Shown one piece after another: positions 1 to 13,418 of a DNA stretch of 64,000 nucleotides. Both the position numbers and the translations under genes were made by a program. Positions within the stretch are counted from its first letter, which is position 1. Each line of letters opens with the position of its first letter. The stretch covers positions 18,304,001 through 18,368,000 of the forward strand of contig CP068257.2 of assembly GCA_009914755.4 (NCBI GenBank), in the 5' to 3' direction. The stretch comes from the human T2T-CHM13v2.0 reference genome, Homo sapiens. The notes under the pieces are model-generated. The model did not search any database, was not told where the DNA came from, and worked only from the letters and a program-made list of their open reading frames with translations.

Positions 1-260
1 GAAGGTGAAGGGGAAGTAAGCACCTTCTTCACAAGGTGTCAGGACAGAGACGAACAAAGGAGGAACTTCCAAACGCTTATAAAACCATCAGATCTCATGA
101 GAACTCACTCACTATCAGGAGAACAGCATGGGGGAAACTGCCCCCGTGATCCAATCACCTCCCTCCCTTGACATGTGGGGATTACAGGTCCCTCCCTGGA
201 CACATGAATTACAATTCAAGATGAGATTTCGGTGGGGACACAGAGCCAAACTATATCAAT
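1..260 (-). mobile_element. Solo LTR, ERVL-MaLR (THE1/MST-like), truncated by the window edge; inserted into the 3'UTR of the flanking L1
   Basis: Reverse complement of 1-260 begins tgatatagtttggctctgtgtccccaccgaaatctcatcttgaattgta..., the canonical THE1/MST LTR 5' terminus. The L1 3'UTR antisense resumes abruptly at 261. Confidence 0.6.
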
Positions 261-3246
261 AGGTAAACGTTTGCCATGTTGATCTACTGCACAGATCATC
301 CCATCACCCAGGTATTAAGCCCAGCATCCATTAGCTATTCTTCCTGATCCTCTCCCTCCTTCTACTCCCCACTCCGATAGCCCCCAGTATGTGTTGTTCA
401 CCACCGTGTGTTTATATGTTCTCATCATTTGGCTCCCACTTATAAGTAAGAACATGTAGTATTTGGTTTTCTGTTCCTGCATTAGTTTGCTAAGGATAGC
501 TCTAGCTCTATCCATGTCTATCCATATCTTCCAGCTTTATCCATGTCCCTGCAAAGGGCATGATCTCGTTCCTTATTAGGACCACAGAGTATTGCATGGT
601 GTACATGTACCACATTTTCTTTATCCAGTCTATTACTGATGGGCATTTAGGTTGATTCTATGTCTTTGCTATTGTGAATAGTCCTGCAATAAACATACAT
701 GTCCATGTGTCTTTATAATAGAATGACTTATATTCCTTTGGGTATATATACCCAGAAATGGGATAGCTGGGTTGAATGGTATTTCTGCCTCTATGTCTTT
801 GAGTAATTGCCACAATGTATTCCACAATGGTTGAACATATTTACACTCCCAACAGCAGTATAAAAGCATTCCTTTTTCTCCACAACCTCACCAGCATCTG
901 TTTGTTTTTTTGACTTTTTAGTAATAGCCATTCTGACTGTTGTGAGATAGTATCTCATTGTGGTTTTGATTTGCATTTCTCTAATGATCAGTGATGTCGA
1001 GTTTTTTTTCATATGTTTTTTGTCTGCATGTATGTCTTCTTTTGAGAAGTGTCTGTGCATGTCCATTGCCTACTCAAAAAAATTTTTTTCTTGTAAATTT
1101 AAGTTCCTTATTGATGCTGGATATCAGACTTTTGTCAGATGGATAGATTGCATAAGTTTTCTCTCATTCTGTAGGTTGTCTGTTTACTCTGTTGATAGTT
1201 TATTTTGCAATGCAGAGATCTTTAGTTTAACTAGATCCCATTTGTCAAATTTTGCTTTTATTGCAATTGCTTTCGGCATCTTCATCAGGAAATCTTTGCC
1301 TGTGCCTGTGACCTGAATGGTATTGGCTAGGTTTTCTTCTAGGGTTTCTATAGTTTTGGGTTTTACATTTAAATCTTTAATTCATCTTGAGTTGATTTTT
1401 GTCTGTGGTATAAGGAAGGGGCCCAATTTCAATTTTCTGCATGTGGCTAGCCAGTTCTCCCAGCACTATCTATTAAATAGGGAATTCTTTCCCAATTTCT
1501 GGTTTTTGTCAGGTTTGTCGAAGATCACATAGTTGTAGGTGTGTGGTCTTATTTCTGGGTTCTCTATTCTTTTCCACTGGTCAATGTGTCTGTTCTTGTA
1601 CCAGTACCATGCTGTTTTGGTCACTGTGGCCTTGTGGTATAGTTTGAAGTCAGGTAGTTTGATGCCTCCAGCTTTATTCCTTTTGCTTAGCACGTCCTTG
1701 GCTATTCAGGGTCTGTTTCAGTTCCATATGAATTTTAAAATAGTTTGTTTCTCATTCTGTGAAGAAGGTCAATGGTGGTTTAATGGGAATAGCATTGAAT
1801 CTATAAATTCCTTTGGGCAGTCTGACCATTTTCATGATACTGATTCTTCCTATCCATGAGCATTTTTCCTGTTTGTGTCATCTCTGATTTTTTTGAGCAG
1901 TAGTTTGTAGTTCTTGAAGAGGTCCTTCATTTCCCTTGTTAACTTAATTCATAGGTATTTTATTCATTTTGTGGCAATTGTGAATGAAAGCCTGTTCCTG
2001 ATTTTGCTCTAAGCTTGCCTTTTCCTGGTTTATAGGAATGCTAGCAATTTTTGCACATTGATTTTGTATCCTGAGCCCTTGCTGAATTTGCTTATTAGCT
2101 TAAGAAACTTTTGGGCTGAGCTGATGGAGATTTCTAGATATAGGATCATGTCATCTGCATACAAAGACAGATTGATTTCCTTTTTTTTACTTTATTTTTT
2201 TTTTACAATTTATAAATGATTTTATTTATTTATTTATTTATTTTATTATTATTATACTTTAAGTTTTAGGGTACATGTGCACAATGTGCAGGTTAGTTAC
2301 ATATGTGTACATGTGCCATGCTGGTGTGCTGCACCCATTAACTCATCATTTAGCATTAGGTATATCTCCTAATGCTATCCCTCCCCCCTCCCCCGACCCC
2401 AGAACAGTCCCCAGAGTGTGACTGATTTCCTTTTAATTCACTATTTCTTCCTCTTGCCTGATTGCCCTGGCCAGAACTTCCAATACTATGTTAAATAGGA
2501 GTAGTGAGAGAGGACATCTTTGTCTTTTGCTGGTTTTCAAGGGGAATGTTTCCAGCTTTTGCCTATTCAGTATGATAGGCAAAAGCTGTGGATTTGTCAT
2601 ATATGACTCTTATTATTTTGAGATATGTTCCTTCAACACCTAGTTTGTTAAGAGTTTTTAGCATGAAGGATGTTTAATTTTATCAAAGACATTTTCTGTA
2701 TCTATTGAGATAATCGTGTGGTTTTTGTCTTTAGTTCTGTTGATGTTACGAATCGCATTTATTGATTTGCATATGTTGAATTAGCCTCGTATCCCAGGGA
2801 TGAAGCCTACTTGATCGTGGTGAATAAGCTTTTTGGTGTGCTGCTAGATTCGGTTTGCCAGTATTTTGTGGAGGATTTTTGCGTCAATGTTTATCAAGGA
2901 TACTGGCCTGAAGATTTCTTTTTTTGTTATATCTCTGCTACGTTTTGGTGTCAGGATGATGCCGGCCTCATAGAACGAGTTAGGAAGGAGTCAGTGCTTT
3001 TTAATTTTTTGGAATAGTCTGAGTAAAAATGGTACCAGCTCTTCTTTGTACCTCTGAGAGAATTCAGCTGTGACTCCATCTGGTCCTGGGTTTTTTGTTT
3101 GTTTGTTTGTTTGTTTTTCGTTGGTAGGCTATTTATTACTGCCTCAATTTCAGAACTTGTTATTGGTCTATCAGGGATTCAATTCAGTCTTGGGTGGGTG
3201 TACATGTCCAGGAATTTATCCATTTCTTCTAGATTTTCTACTTTAT
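261..3246 (-). mobile_element. LINE-1 (older primate L1) 3'UTR plus ORF2 RT/C-terminal region, antisense on + strand, 5'-truncated
   Basis: Minus-strand ORFs 315-515, 669-869, 791-1066 and 1466-1693 translate to L1 ORF2 C-terminal motifs (…[79 protein letters not shown]). The DNA is colinear with L1 ORF2 antisense up to about 3246. Confidence 0.85.
2181..2420 (-). mobile_element. Nested 3'-end fragment (~215 bp plus tail) of a younger L1PA inserted into the older L1
   Basis: Poly-T/(TTTA)n at 2181-2250 is followed by the antisense L1PA 3' terminus (tatactttaagttttagggtacatgtgcacaatgtgcaggttagttacatatgt...ccccagagtgtg). It is flanked by direct repeats attgatttcc (2171-2180) and actgatttcc (2421-2430). 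Confidence 0.8.
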
Positions 3247-3700
3247 GGGCTGCCATAACAAAGTATTGCCAACCAGGTGGCCTTGAAAACAGAAATGTAT
3301 TGTCTTATAATTCTGGGAGCTAGAAGCCTGAGATCAAGGTGTTGGCAGGGTTATTTTCTTCTGGGAATTGTGAAGGAGAATCTGTTTTATGTCTAACTCC
3401 TGACATCTGGAGGTTCACTAGAAATCCTTGGCATTCCTTGGCTTATAGAAGCATCACTCCAATGTCTGCCTTGATGTACCCAAAGTGTTTTCCCTGTACA
3501 CATGTTTGTGTCCGAATTTACCCTTTTATAAAGAGGCTAGTCATACTGAATTAGGGTCATACCCTACTCCTGTATGACCTAATTTTAACTAATTACATTT
3601 GCAACAATCATACAGCCAAATTAGGTTACATTCTGTGGTATTGAGGGTTAGTACTTCAACATCCAAATTTTTGAAGGACACAATTCAACAGGTTGCAGTC
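3247..3700 (-). mobile_element. Solo LTR, MaLR MLT1-like
   Basis: Starts gctgccataacaaagtattgccaaccaggtggccttgaaaacagaaatgtattgtcttataattctgggagctagaagcctgagatcaaggtg..., the antisense signature of MLT1-type LTRs, and ends ...cttcaacatccaaatttttgaaggacacaattcaaca. Confidence 0.55.
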
Positions 3701-5247
3701 ATAAAGAATATTTTCCAAAAATACTTTGCAAACAAGTCCCTGAATACAGTGAATAGAACATGAAATGGAGCTTAAAACATGTCTTTTGACATAAAATAAA
3801 AGGCCTAGGGATCCTTAATTCTTCAAAGCCAAAATAACGAAGTTGAGACATTAAAGGGCAAATGTGAGTTACTGTTTTTCATTTAGTTGTCTGTTTTTTT
3901 TTAATTTGATACTGTATTTAAAATATATTGTTCCATTGTATCATCTTAAGGCTGGTGTAATGATAAGTTTGTAATCCTTAACAGTATCAATGACAATGAT
4001 AAACATTGAAAAGGCAACAGAGGAAAGCATGGTGTTTTGTGCCAGAACATAGAGGAGTTTTGAAGATATTGAGTTGAATTTAAAATGTCTACCAGGAAAG
4101 TAGTTTCAACCTCAAGGAAAAGGAAGAAACTATCAATGGAATGAAAATTACACTTTATCAGAGATATCTACTTCTTAACGAAGGTTCCATTTTTATAGAG
4201 AAATAGCATAAATTACCCAAAAAGTTATCAAAATTGGCTGCTAGAATAGAATTTAAGTGCAGAGTAAACAGGGAATTTGAGAAGATGTAGTGTCTTAAAA
4301 TTCTGTAAATTTTAATAAGTATGAAGCAACAGATTATTATCACACTGAATTGAATTTTCAGTTAAATTCAGTAATTTGCAGTCATATGCCTTTTCTGTTT
4401 TCCTGTATTCATTACTTGTAAGTCAACAAAAGCCATTTCTGAAAACAAAATTAGACTTTAAAAAGTTTTCTTTATATTTTAGATTCATATTCTAATATAT
4501 ACAAATATTTTATATAACTGTTTTATTGTTCATTTTGTTATTTGGTATTTGCAATTTCTAGATAAATAATTGGCTCTATATTCTGTTCATATCCAACATA
4601 TTCCAACAGAGGACACTTAATATTTCCATAAAAATAAAAATGCTGGTGAAAATGTGTCCATTTTTACAGTCTATTTACTCAGCATTATTGCTCATTCATA
4701 TTTATTTGTTATTTTCCTGCATTTTCTGCAATAGTTATCATATCTCAAACTGACAGCTTCCAAAATTACTATTGAGTCCAATTCTTTTTTGTGGATATAG
4801 GTAGAATTGATTACCACCCTCTTTGATACTCAGGGGACTTTTTTCTGAATTGCTGCACATAAGCAAAATATTTAATGCTTATGCATATAGGGCTAAGTAT
4901 AGAATAGACACTTAAGAAAAGCTTTTAAATAAATGAATGTGCTATGGATAGATTAAGAGCTAAGAGAGCATATGACAAAATGAATGCAGTAATCAGTGAA
5001 TGACAAGAAAAACTGCTAACCCCGAATTATAAAAAGATTTTTCATTTATGGATTTGCCAATTTTTATCAACTGGATATCATTACCATCGATACTAATGAG
5101 GTGAGTGTTAATAAGTATATATTATTTAATTTCTGAGAATAGTACTCCTGAAGAAGATTATATAAAAGAATAACACTAGAAGGGGAACATCATCCCCAAA
5201 TATGAAGATTCAGAAATCATTGTGCACTATCCTTAAATTTAAAAAAA

Positions 5248-5252
<5 letters not shown>

Positions 5253-5279
<27 letters not shown>

Positions 5280-5282
5280 AAT
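5253..5282. repeat. (TG)n microsatellite
   Basis: A direct run of tgtgtg.... Confidence 0.9.
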
Positions 5283-8200
5283 TTGTAGGTGTGAGTTTAT
5301 TGTGTTTGAAAGATAAAGCAGCTTTATATTTAATTAAATTGGTTTTTTGAATCACACTTAAGCAAATACTTAACACTTGCACAAAATCATGTCTGACTTT
5401 CTAAATTCTTTCTAATACTTTTTGTTTTGTAAATTTTTCTACACATGAATTATATTACAAATTATGTTGTAATTCAAATTTGTTATACTTTGGTGGTCAT
5501 TTTTTCTAAACAACTTCAGAATTGTATTTTTAGAGATTTACATATTTCAATGTTGTCATGCACATTTCAAAGAAAATTATATGGACCAGTTTTGTTTCAT
5601 GTAACTGTACTATTTTAATATGATAGATGACTTCTTCTTTAGTACTTGAGTAAATGTCTCTTATTACCTGAAATTTCTCTGCTTTATTCATTCATTTTTT
5701 CCAACTTTATGGTGATAACTTGTTTAAAAAGCACACTTTGTTTCTAACTTGGTAAATACAATGTTTTCTTCATTGTCTTATGAAAAATAGTGTTTATGTA
5801 CAATCAAATATTATACTTTTTCACTGAAAAATTATGGCTGCTTCATATTTATGCTGTAATGATATTTACAGCATTATCCAAGGTTATGGTTTTATAGTGT
5901 GTGGATTTTGAGTGCCTCCATAATATCTCAAAAACGTCTCTTTGCAGCGTTTATTTATTTCCCTTAAATGAAATAAACTTGATCTTTGAGACGTAGGTCT
6001 ATGATTTTTAAATATGCCCCAAATGTTATTATGTGACATTTTATAATGTTTACCTTTTTTTCCTCTGGGAAATAAAATTCAATTGAAAATAATTAGTGAA
6101 CAAATAAATAAATAAAAACAGACAAACACCAAAAAACACTAGAATTCTGAATTTTATTATCTAATGTTAGGATAATTAAGGACATATGTGACCATGTTAG
6201 AAATAAAGTTGAAAATATGCTTTTAATAATTTGAAATGCATTAAGGATTTTGTACAGTATATACTATTTTCTTAAAACATGAAGATGTTGCTGATTTATT
6301 TTAATTTTTTCACTATCAAAACTGTATAAATTATATTTTGAATAGTCAAGATAATGGTATTATATAACATCATTTAGAATTTTTCAAATAATTACATTTT
6401 TATAAACTATGTTAAATATTAATTTTCATAGACGAAGTTAGCTTTTTACTTGCACACAATGTGGAATTTTGGTGAAGCAGAAAATCACCTCATTATGAAA
6501 AATATATTGATGGTTTCAATATCAATGAGAAGGAATATCAACGAAAAATCGTGTATATCAATGGAAAAAATCAAACATTTAGTTCATGTTTCACAACAAT
6601 TTTAACAATGTAGTGATTCTAATTGCCCTATTTCAAGTTTAAATAAATTTGTAATATATAATTTGCATTTAAATGTTTCCCCTAAATTTTGATTTATAAA
6701 CAACATTTCAATGGCTTTGTTGAGTCAACCATAGAACTCAAAAATTCTTATTCAGATCTTTCCCTGTTCCCACTTATGTTGCCTATGCTAGAATTGTCAG
6801 TGTTGTGGGACAGAGACAAGTAGGTGAGTCCCAGTAAAAGTTTTCACTTCCTCTATTGTAAGAACCCTTTACCTGTGAACATAACCACCAAAGTCTAAAA
6901 ATACAGTATTTAGGCTGTCTTGCATACAGTCTGGCCTGTGACTAAGTTCTGGCATAGAAGTGTTACAAGGAATCTTCTAAGGATCCTTTGTCAAAGACAA
7001 TTCGAACACTTTATTCTTCTCTCTTATATCGCCTGGAATAAGGATGGGGTACCTGGAGCTCTGGATCATGTATTTCATAAGGGATAAATTGTTTAGCACA
7101 AGGGAGTATCAATCTCTAAAAACTTCATGGGCTAAGAAGTTTTATCATCATTAGACCACCTGGCTCTTGACTATTATGAGGGAAAAATAACTAACTTATT
7201 GAAGTCACTGATATATGGGTTATGTGCAACTCAGAAGGAACTTAACATTTGCTGCTACAAATTTGTGCTAACAGCTTCTGTTTATGGTTTGCTATAATAC
7301 ATCTTACAAATATAAGGTTAAACTTCGTTTCTATTTTATACAAATAAACACAGCGATTAAAAAGATAATGCTTCTTACATGAAACAATTGTGGTAGATAC
7401 TAGCTAGTGCATCTTGGATATTTGTGGATAACAGTTCTGCTCTACCACTAGCCCCAGGGTACCTCACCATCCCTGCCTATACCCTTATAAATGTGTTGCT
7501 TTATTAAGGCATTTGAAATGACTCCCTCTGAGTGTGTTACCTGTGCAAATTGAACACTGAAAATGGCATAATTAATACTAAGTTTTCCACTAATTGGCAT
7601 AGGATGAAATGTGGGTGTAGAGGCAAGCAGGTGACAGATTAAGTCGTTTGGCAAGTATAAATACTACACATAATTTAGCTTCATTTAACTGCTCTAGAGG
7701 GAAACTAGTCAGGCCAAATGTGTTGATATGGATAAACTAACTCAGAATTAGGAAATACTTTAAGTACCTGGGAACTGTCAGCTAGCTTAGTTAATTAAAT
7801 TCTCAACTCAGATGGGACTTTAGTCAGTGAGATACAAATTTCGGAATATCCCTGGAATATAGAAGGGGAAGAAACCCAGTGACTCAGGGAGAATAGCAAT
7901 TTTTCAGCGGCCTTTGATGAGTAGCCTATGGGTATCTAGGTGTCCTATTCCCCAGGCACCCTAAGTATTACTTTGTGTCTCCATGGTTATTCAGTTCAAC
8001 ACAAGCAACTTGTTTCCAGGTGGCTGGAATTACCTCTGAAAAGTGGTATTTTATATGGGCTGTATGTTGGTAGGTTAGGCACTTAGCAATGAGGGTAAAC
8101 AGATTATCCATGGTGAGCAAGGGTCTATTTTTAGTGTCCATGGAGAGCCTCAATATTTATCACATGGTCACTTTGTATATGGACCAACAATTCATGCTTG

Positions 8201-8528
8201 GTTGTTAGAATTATTCACCTCGGCCAGTTAGAAAACTGACCTCTTTTTCTGCCTATTGGTTCAGTGGCATAAATCTCAAAACTGTTGGCAGGTGGGTAAG
8301 AAAAGTCAGCCTCAACTTCCAAACCACTGAAGATGTGAATACTTTTCTAGGGAGAAATATTTATCCATTGAGTACCAAAACTTCCAGATGTCCTAATCTG
8401 ATTCAAGATTTGGAAGAAACAGTATCTTACATATATCTTACAATATCTTCTATATCTTTAGTTGTAATTGGGAGAGAGCTCCTGCCCCTGTCTTCCACCC
8501 AATTCTCAGACCAAGATATTCTCACTAA

Positions 8529-8869
<341 letters not shown>

Positions 8870-9059
8870 CACATCCGATTTCTTAAAATCTCTGGCATAT
8901 CATCCCATCATTCTACTTGAGCCTGCTCTTCCTAATCATGTGTTCAAACCAATAAATCCTGTGCATGTAATCATATTGTTATATTTCCTTTACCGTAAGT
9001 TAAGGAAAGTGGTCCTATGAGATTACAAGTTGATACATAGGCATTCTGTAAGACCATGA

Positions 9060-9635
9060 GAGGTAATAAGGTATAAGGAAGGGGTCCAGTTTCCATTTTC
9101 TGCATATGGCTGGTCAATTCTGCCAGCATCATTTATTAAATATGGAATCATTTCCTTATTGCTTGTTTTTGTCAGGCTTGTCAAAAATCAGATGGTTGAT
9201 GTGTGGTTTTATTTCTGAGTTCTCTATTCTGTTCCATTGATCTGTGTACAAGTACCATGTTGTTTTGGTTACTGTAGCCTTGTAGCATAGTTTGAAGTCA
9301 GGTAGCGTGATGCCTCCAGCTTTGTTCTTTTTGCTTAGGATTGTCTTGGCTATATGGGCCCTTTTTTGGTTCCATATGAAATTTAAAGTAGTTTTTTTCT
9401 AATTCTATGAAGAAAATCAATGGTAGTTGGGGATATAGCACTGAATCTATAAATTACTTTAGCAGTATGGCCATTTTCATGATATTGATTCTTCCTATCC
9501 ATGAGCATGGAACGTTTTTCTGTCTGTTTGTGTTGTCTCTGATTTCCTTGAGCAGTGGTTTGTAGTTCTCCTTGAAGAGGTCCTTGACCTCAATTGTTAG
9601 CCGTATTCCTAGGTATTTTATTCTCTTGTGGCAAA
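9060..9635 (-). mobile_element. L1 inverted 5' segment (ORF2 RT region, antisense) of a twin-primed insertion
   Basis: Colinear with L1 ORF2 antisense (…ggaaggggtccagtttccattttctgcatatggctggtc…ccttgtagcatagtttgaagtcaggtagcgtgatgcctccagctttgttc…). Confidence 0.8.
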
Positions 9636-10810
9636 AATTAACTCAAGGTGGATTAGACACTTAAATGTAAAACCCAAAACTATAAAAACCCTAAAAGAAA
9701 ACCTAAGCCATACTATTCAGGACCTAGGCATGGGCAAAGATTTTATGATGAGATCATCAAAAGCAATTGCTACAAAAGCAACAATTGACAAATGGGATCT
9801 AATTGCATTAAAGAGCTTCTGCACAGCAAAATAAACTATCATCAGAGTGAACAGGCAACCTACAGAATGGGAGAACATTTCTGCAATCTGTCTTTCTGAC
9901 AAAGGTCTAATATCCTGTATCTACAAGGAACTTAAGCAAATTTACAAGGATAAAAATGAACAATCCCATTAAAAAGTGGGCAAAGGATAGGAATACACAC
10001 CTCTCAAGAGAAGGCATACATGCAGACAACAAACATATGAAAAAAAGCTCAACATCACTGATGATCAGAGAAATGCAAATCAAAACCACACAGTGAAATA
10101 TCATCTTGTGCCAATCAGAAAGGCAATTATTAAAAAGTCAATAAACAGATGCTGCAAGGTTGAGGAGAAATAGGAACATTTTTATGGTGTTGGTGGGAAT
10201 GGAAATTAGTTTAACCATTGTGGAAGATAGTGTAGTGATTCCTCGAGAATCTAGAACCAGAAATACCATTTGACACAGCAATCCCTTTACTGGGTATACA
10301 CACCCAAAGGAATATAAAGCATTCTATTATAAAGATACATGCACACATATGTTCATTGCATCACCATTTACAATAGCAAAGATGTGGAATTAACCTAAAT
10401 CCCCATCAATGATAAACTGGGTAAAGAAAATATAGTACATATACACCATGGAATACTATGCCACCATAAAAGGAAGATCATGTCCTTTGCAGGGACATGG
10501 ATGAAGCTGGAAGCTATTATTCTCAGTAAACTAATGCAGGAATAAAATAACCAAACACTGCATGTTTTCACTTACAGTGGGAGCTGAACACATGGACACA
10601 GGGAGCGGAACAATAAACTCTGGGGCCTCTTGGGGAGGTGAGGGAGCATCAGGAAAAATAGCTAATGCATGCCAGGCTTAATACCTAGGTGATGGGTTAA
10701 TAGGTGCAGCAAACCATCATGGCACACATTTACCTACGTAACAAACCTGCACATGCTGCGCATGCACTCTGAAACTTAAAATGAAATAAAATTTAAAAAA
10801 AGAAAGGGAA
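9636..10810 (+). mobile_element. L1 sense 3' segment (ORF2 C-terminus, 3'UTR, poly-A) of the same twin-primed insertion
   Basis: The + ORF at 9628-9834 reads [24 protein letters not shown]…[14 protein letters not shown]. Downstream are the L1 3'UTR (gggagctgaacacatggacacagggag…taatacctaggtgatgggttaataggtgcagcaaaccatcatggcacacatttacctacgtaacaaacctgcacatg…) and an A-rich tail ending near 10810. Confidence 0.85.
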
Positions 10811-11339
10811 TAATGCCAGAAGCATTGCAATAAAGAAAGGACATTTAATACTCAGAATATATCGATACTTATGAGAATAAACTCCTGACTCCGCATTCAC
10901 CCACGGACATTTTTAAAATCTCATGTCAAAGAACCAACAAACTGAAAAGGGTGACCAAAGTGAATAAATCTAATTATCAAGCATGAACTAGGATACTGCT
11001 ACAAAACAGGAGTAAATAAGACCCAAGGCAACTCACTGGTGTTCCTAATACTACTTTGCTCAAAAGGTTTAGCCAATAAAAAATTACATCTATTAAGACA
11101 GTACTGATGTAGATACAGATAATTCAGGAAAAAAATAGCTTCAGATTACCTTCACCTCAGGAAATAACCCATTTTATCAGATTTCCAGCAAAAGATAAGA
11201 AGAATATGGAATACCTGAAAGAAGAAAGCAATGTTTATAAAGTTAAATCTTGTGATAAGCTGCAAAAGAGTGGCTCTGGGAGTGAGAAGAATTAAGAATA
11301 CCAGCTATGCTTTAAGTCAATTTTGGTTTTCTTCCCTTT

Positions 11340-11515
11340 ACCCAACACCATGCCCAAAGGATTTAAGTCTTTGAGAGCCTGACAAAATTGACTTGTATTA
11401 TGTGGTATTTTTATACCACATTTTCTTTATTCATTTGTCCGTTGGTGGACAATTAAGTTGATTCTCTATCATGATTTCTGTTAATAGTGCTGCAGTCAAC
11501 ATGACTGACTTTATT

Positions 11516-11518
<3 letters not shown>
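11340..11518 (-). mobile_element. L1 ORF2 C-terminal fragment (antisense), continues at 11857-11910 after an Alu insertion
   Basis: …ccacattttctttattcatttgtccgttggtggacaattaagttgattctct…gcagtcaacatgactgactttatt is the antisense L1 ORF2 C-terminus. It is nearly identical to the segment at 12900-13030. Confidence 0.6.
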
Positions 11519-11908
<390 letters not shown>

Positions 11909-11910
11909 TA

Positions 11911-12190
11911 GCTTATTATACTTTGTATATCTATTTTGGGAAGGTGCATTTTCATCTTAAGAAAAGACATATATATATGTATTTATGTATACATATATAT
12001 ATTTATGTATACATACATATGTATTTATGTGTATATATATGTATTTATGTACACATGTATATAAACAAATATACACTCACACATGTATATATACACTTAT
12101 ATTTATATATAAAATATACATATAGCACAAATACATATTTGCATGTCTGTATACATATATATTAATATTTTTGTATATTATAATTTTAAT
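11911..12190. repeat. AT-rich simple repeat (tatgtata/tacata-type)
   Basis: Reiterated atatatgtatttatgtatacatatat motifs. The track ORF 11923-12165 is an artefact of this repeat. Confidence 0.85.
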
Positions 12191-13052
12191 TCTATTTGTA
12201 ACCTAATCTGGAATAGAACAATAAATTGGGAAACTCTGGGTACATAATTTTTTTCTTCATTATGAAATATTTTATTACATTCATTTTTATATAACAAAAG
12301 ATTTAAACTACAAAAACAAAAGCATGTGTATATATAATATTATATTTTACTAATCTAATTGAAATGAAACTTTTAAAAGATTGACTGTTCAGTAATTTTC
12401 TCTTGTTTGTTTTTATTCTATTTTTAATTGACATAATTGGACATATTTATTTGGTACAGTGTAATGTTTTGATACATGTATAAATTAGGTAACAATGAAA
12501 TCAGGCTATTTAGCATATCCATCACCTCATACATTTATCATTTCTGTGTGGTAAGAGCATTCAATATTCCCTGTTCTAACTATTTTGAAATATATAGAGT
12601 TAACCATAGTCACTCCACTGTGTAATAAAACACCAGAACTTACTCCTATATAACTGAAATTTAATATACTTTGACCTACATCTCCTGAATGCCCAACACC
12701 CATAGCTCTGGTTACCTCAATTTAGCTCTCTACTTCAAAGAGAATTAGAGTTCAACTATTTTAGATTTCACATATTAGTGAAATCATGTAGTATTTGTCT
12801 TTCTGCGCCTGTATTATTTCAATTAACATAATGCCTTTCAGATTCTCTCATGTTCCTGCAAATGACAGGATTTTATTCTTTTTCATGGATTAATAGTATT
12901 CCATTGGGTATATATACCACAAGTTCTTTATTAATTTATCCGTTGATGAACAATTAAGTTGATTCTCTGTGATGGTTTTTGTTAATAGTATTGCAGTCAA
13001 CATGACTGACTTTATTTATTTTGGCTATGTGCCCTGTAGTGGGATTACTGGA

Positions 13053-13418
13053 TCATATGGGACTTCTCTTTTTGATTTTTTGAGGAGCCTGCATACTGCT
13101 TTCCATAATAGTACTAATTTTCATTCTCACTAACAATGTATGAATTTCTCTGATTTCACATCCACACGAGTATTTATTTATTTTGATAATTGCTACTCTA
13201 ATTGGGGTGAGGTGATATCTCATGGTTTTGATTTGCATTTTTCTAATGATTAGTGATGTTGAGCATTTTAAGATATATCTATTGACCATTTGCTTGTCTT
13301 CTTTTAAGCAATGTCTACTCAGATCTTTTGATTGTTTTAAAAATATTGCTATTGAATTATTTATGAATTTCTTATATATTCTGGATATTAAAACCTTATC
13401 AGCTGAATAGCTTGCCAT
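13053..13418 (-). pseudogene. Older L1 ORF2 C-terminal remnant (121-aa ORF)
   Basis: …[39 protein letters not shown]… corresponds to the conserved L1 ORF2 motif [34 protein letters not shown]. Confidence 0.8.

Noticed and set aside
3247-3700. Considered calling this and 24240-24725 DNA transposons (MER-type)
   Set aside because: The ccataacaaagta…ggcttaaaacaacagaaat… and …ttgatcttggacttc.agcctccagaactgtgaga.ataaatttctgttgtttaagcca… signatures are those of ERVL-MaLR (MLT1/MST) LTRs, not TIR transposons. Subfamily is left unassigned.
11923-12165. 80-aa ORF (MYIYFGKVHF…)
   Set aside because: It is a translation of a tatgtata-type simple repeat.
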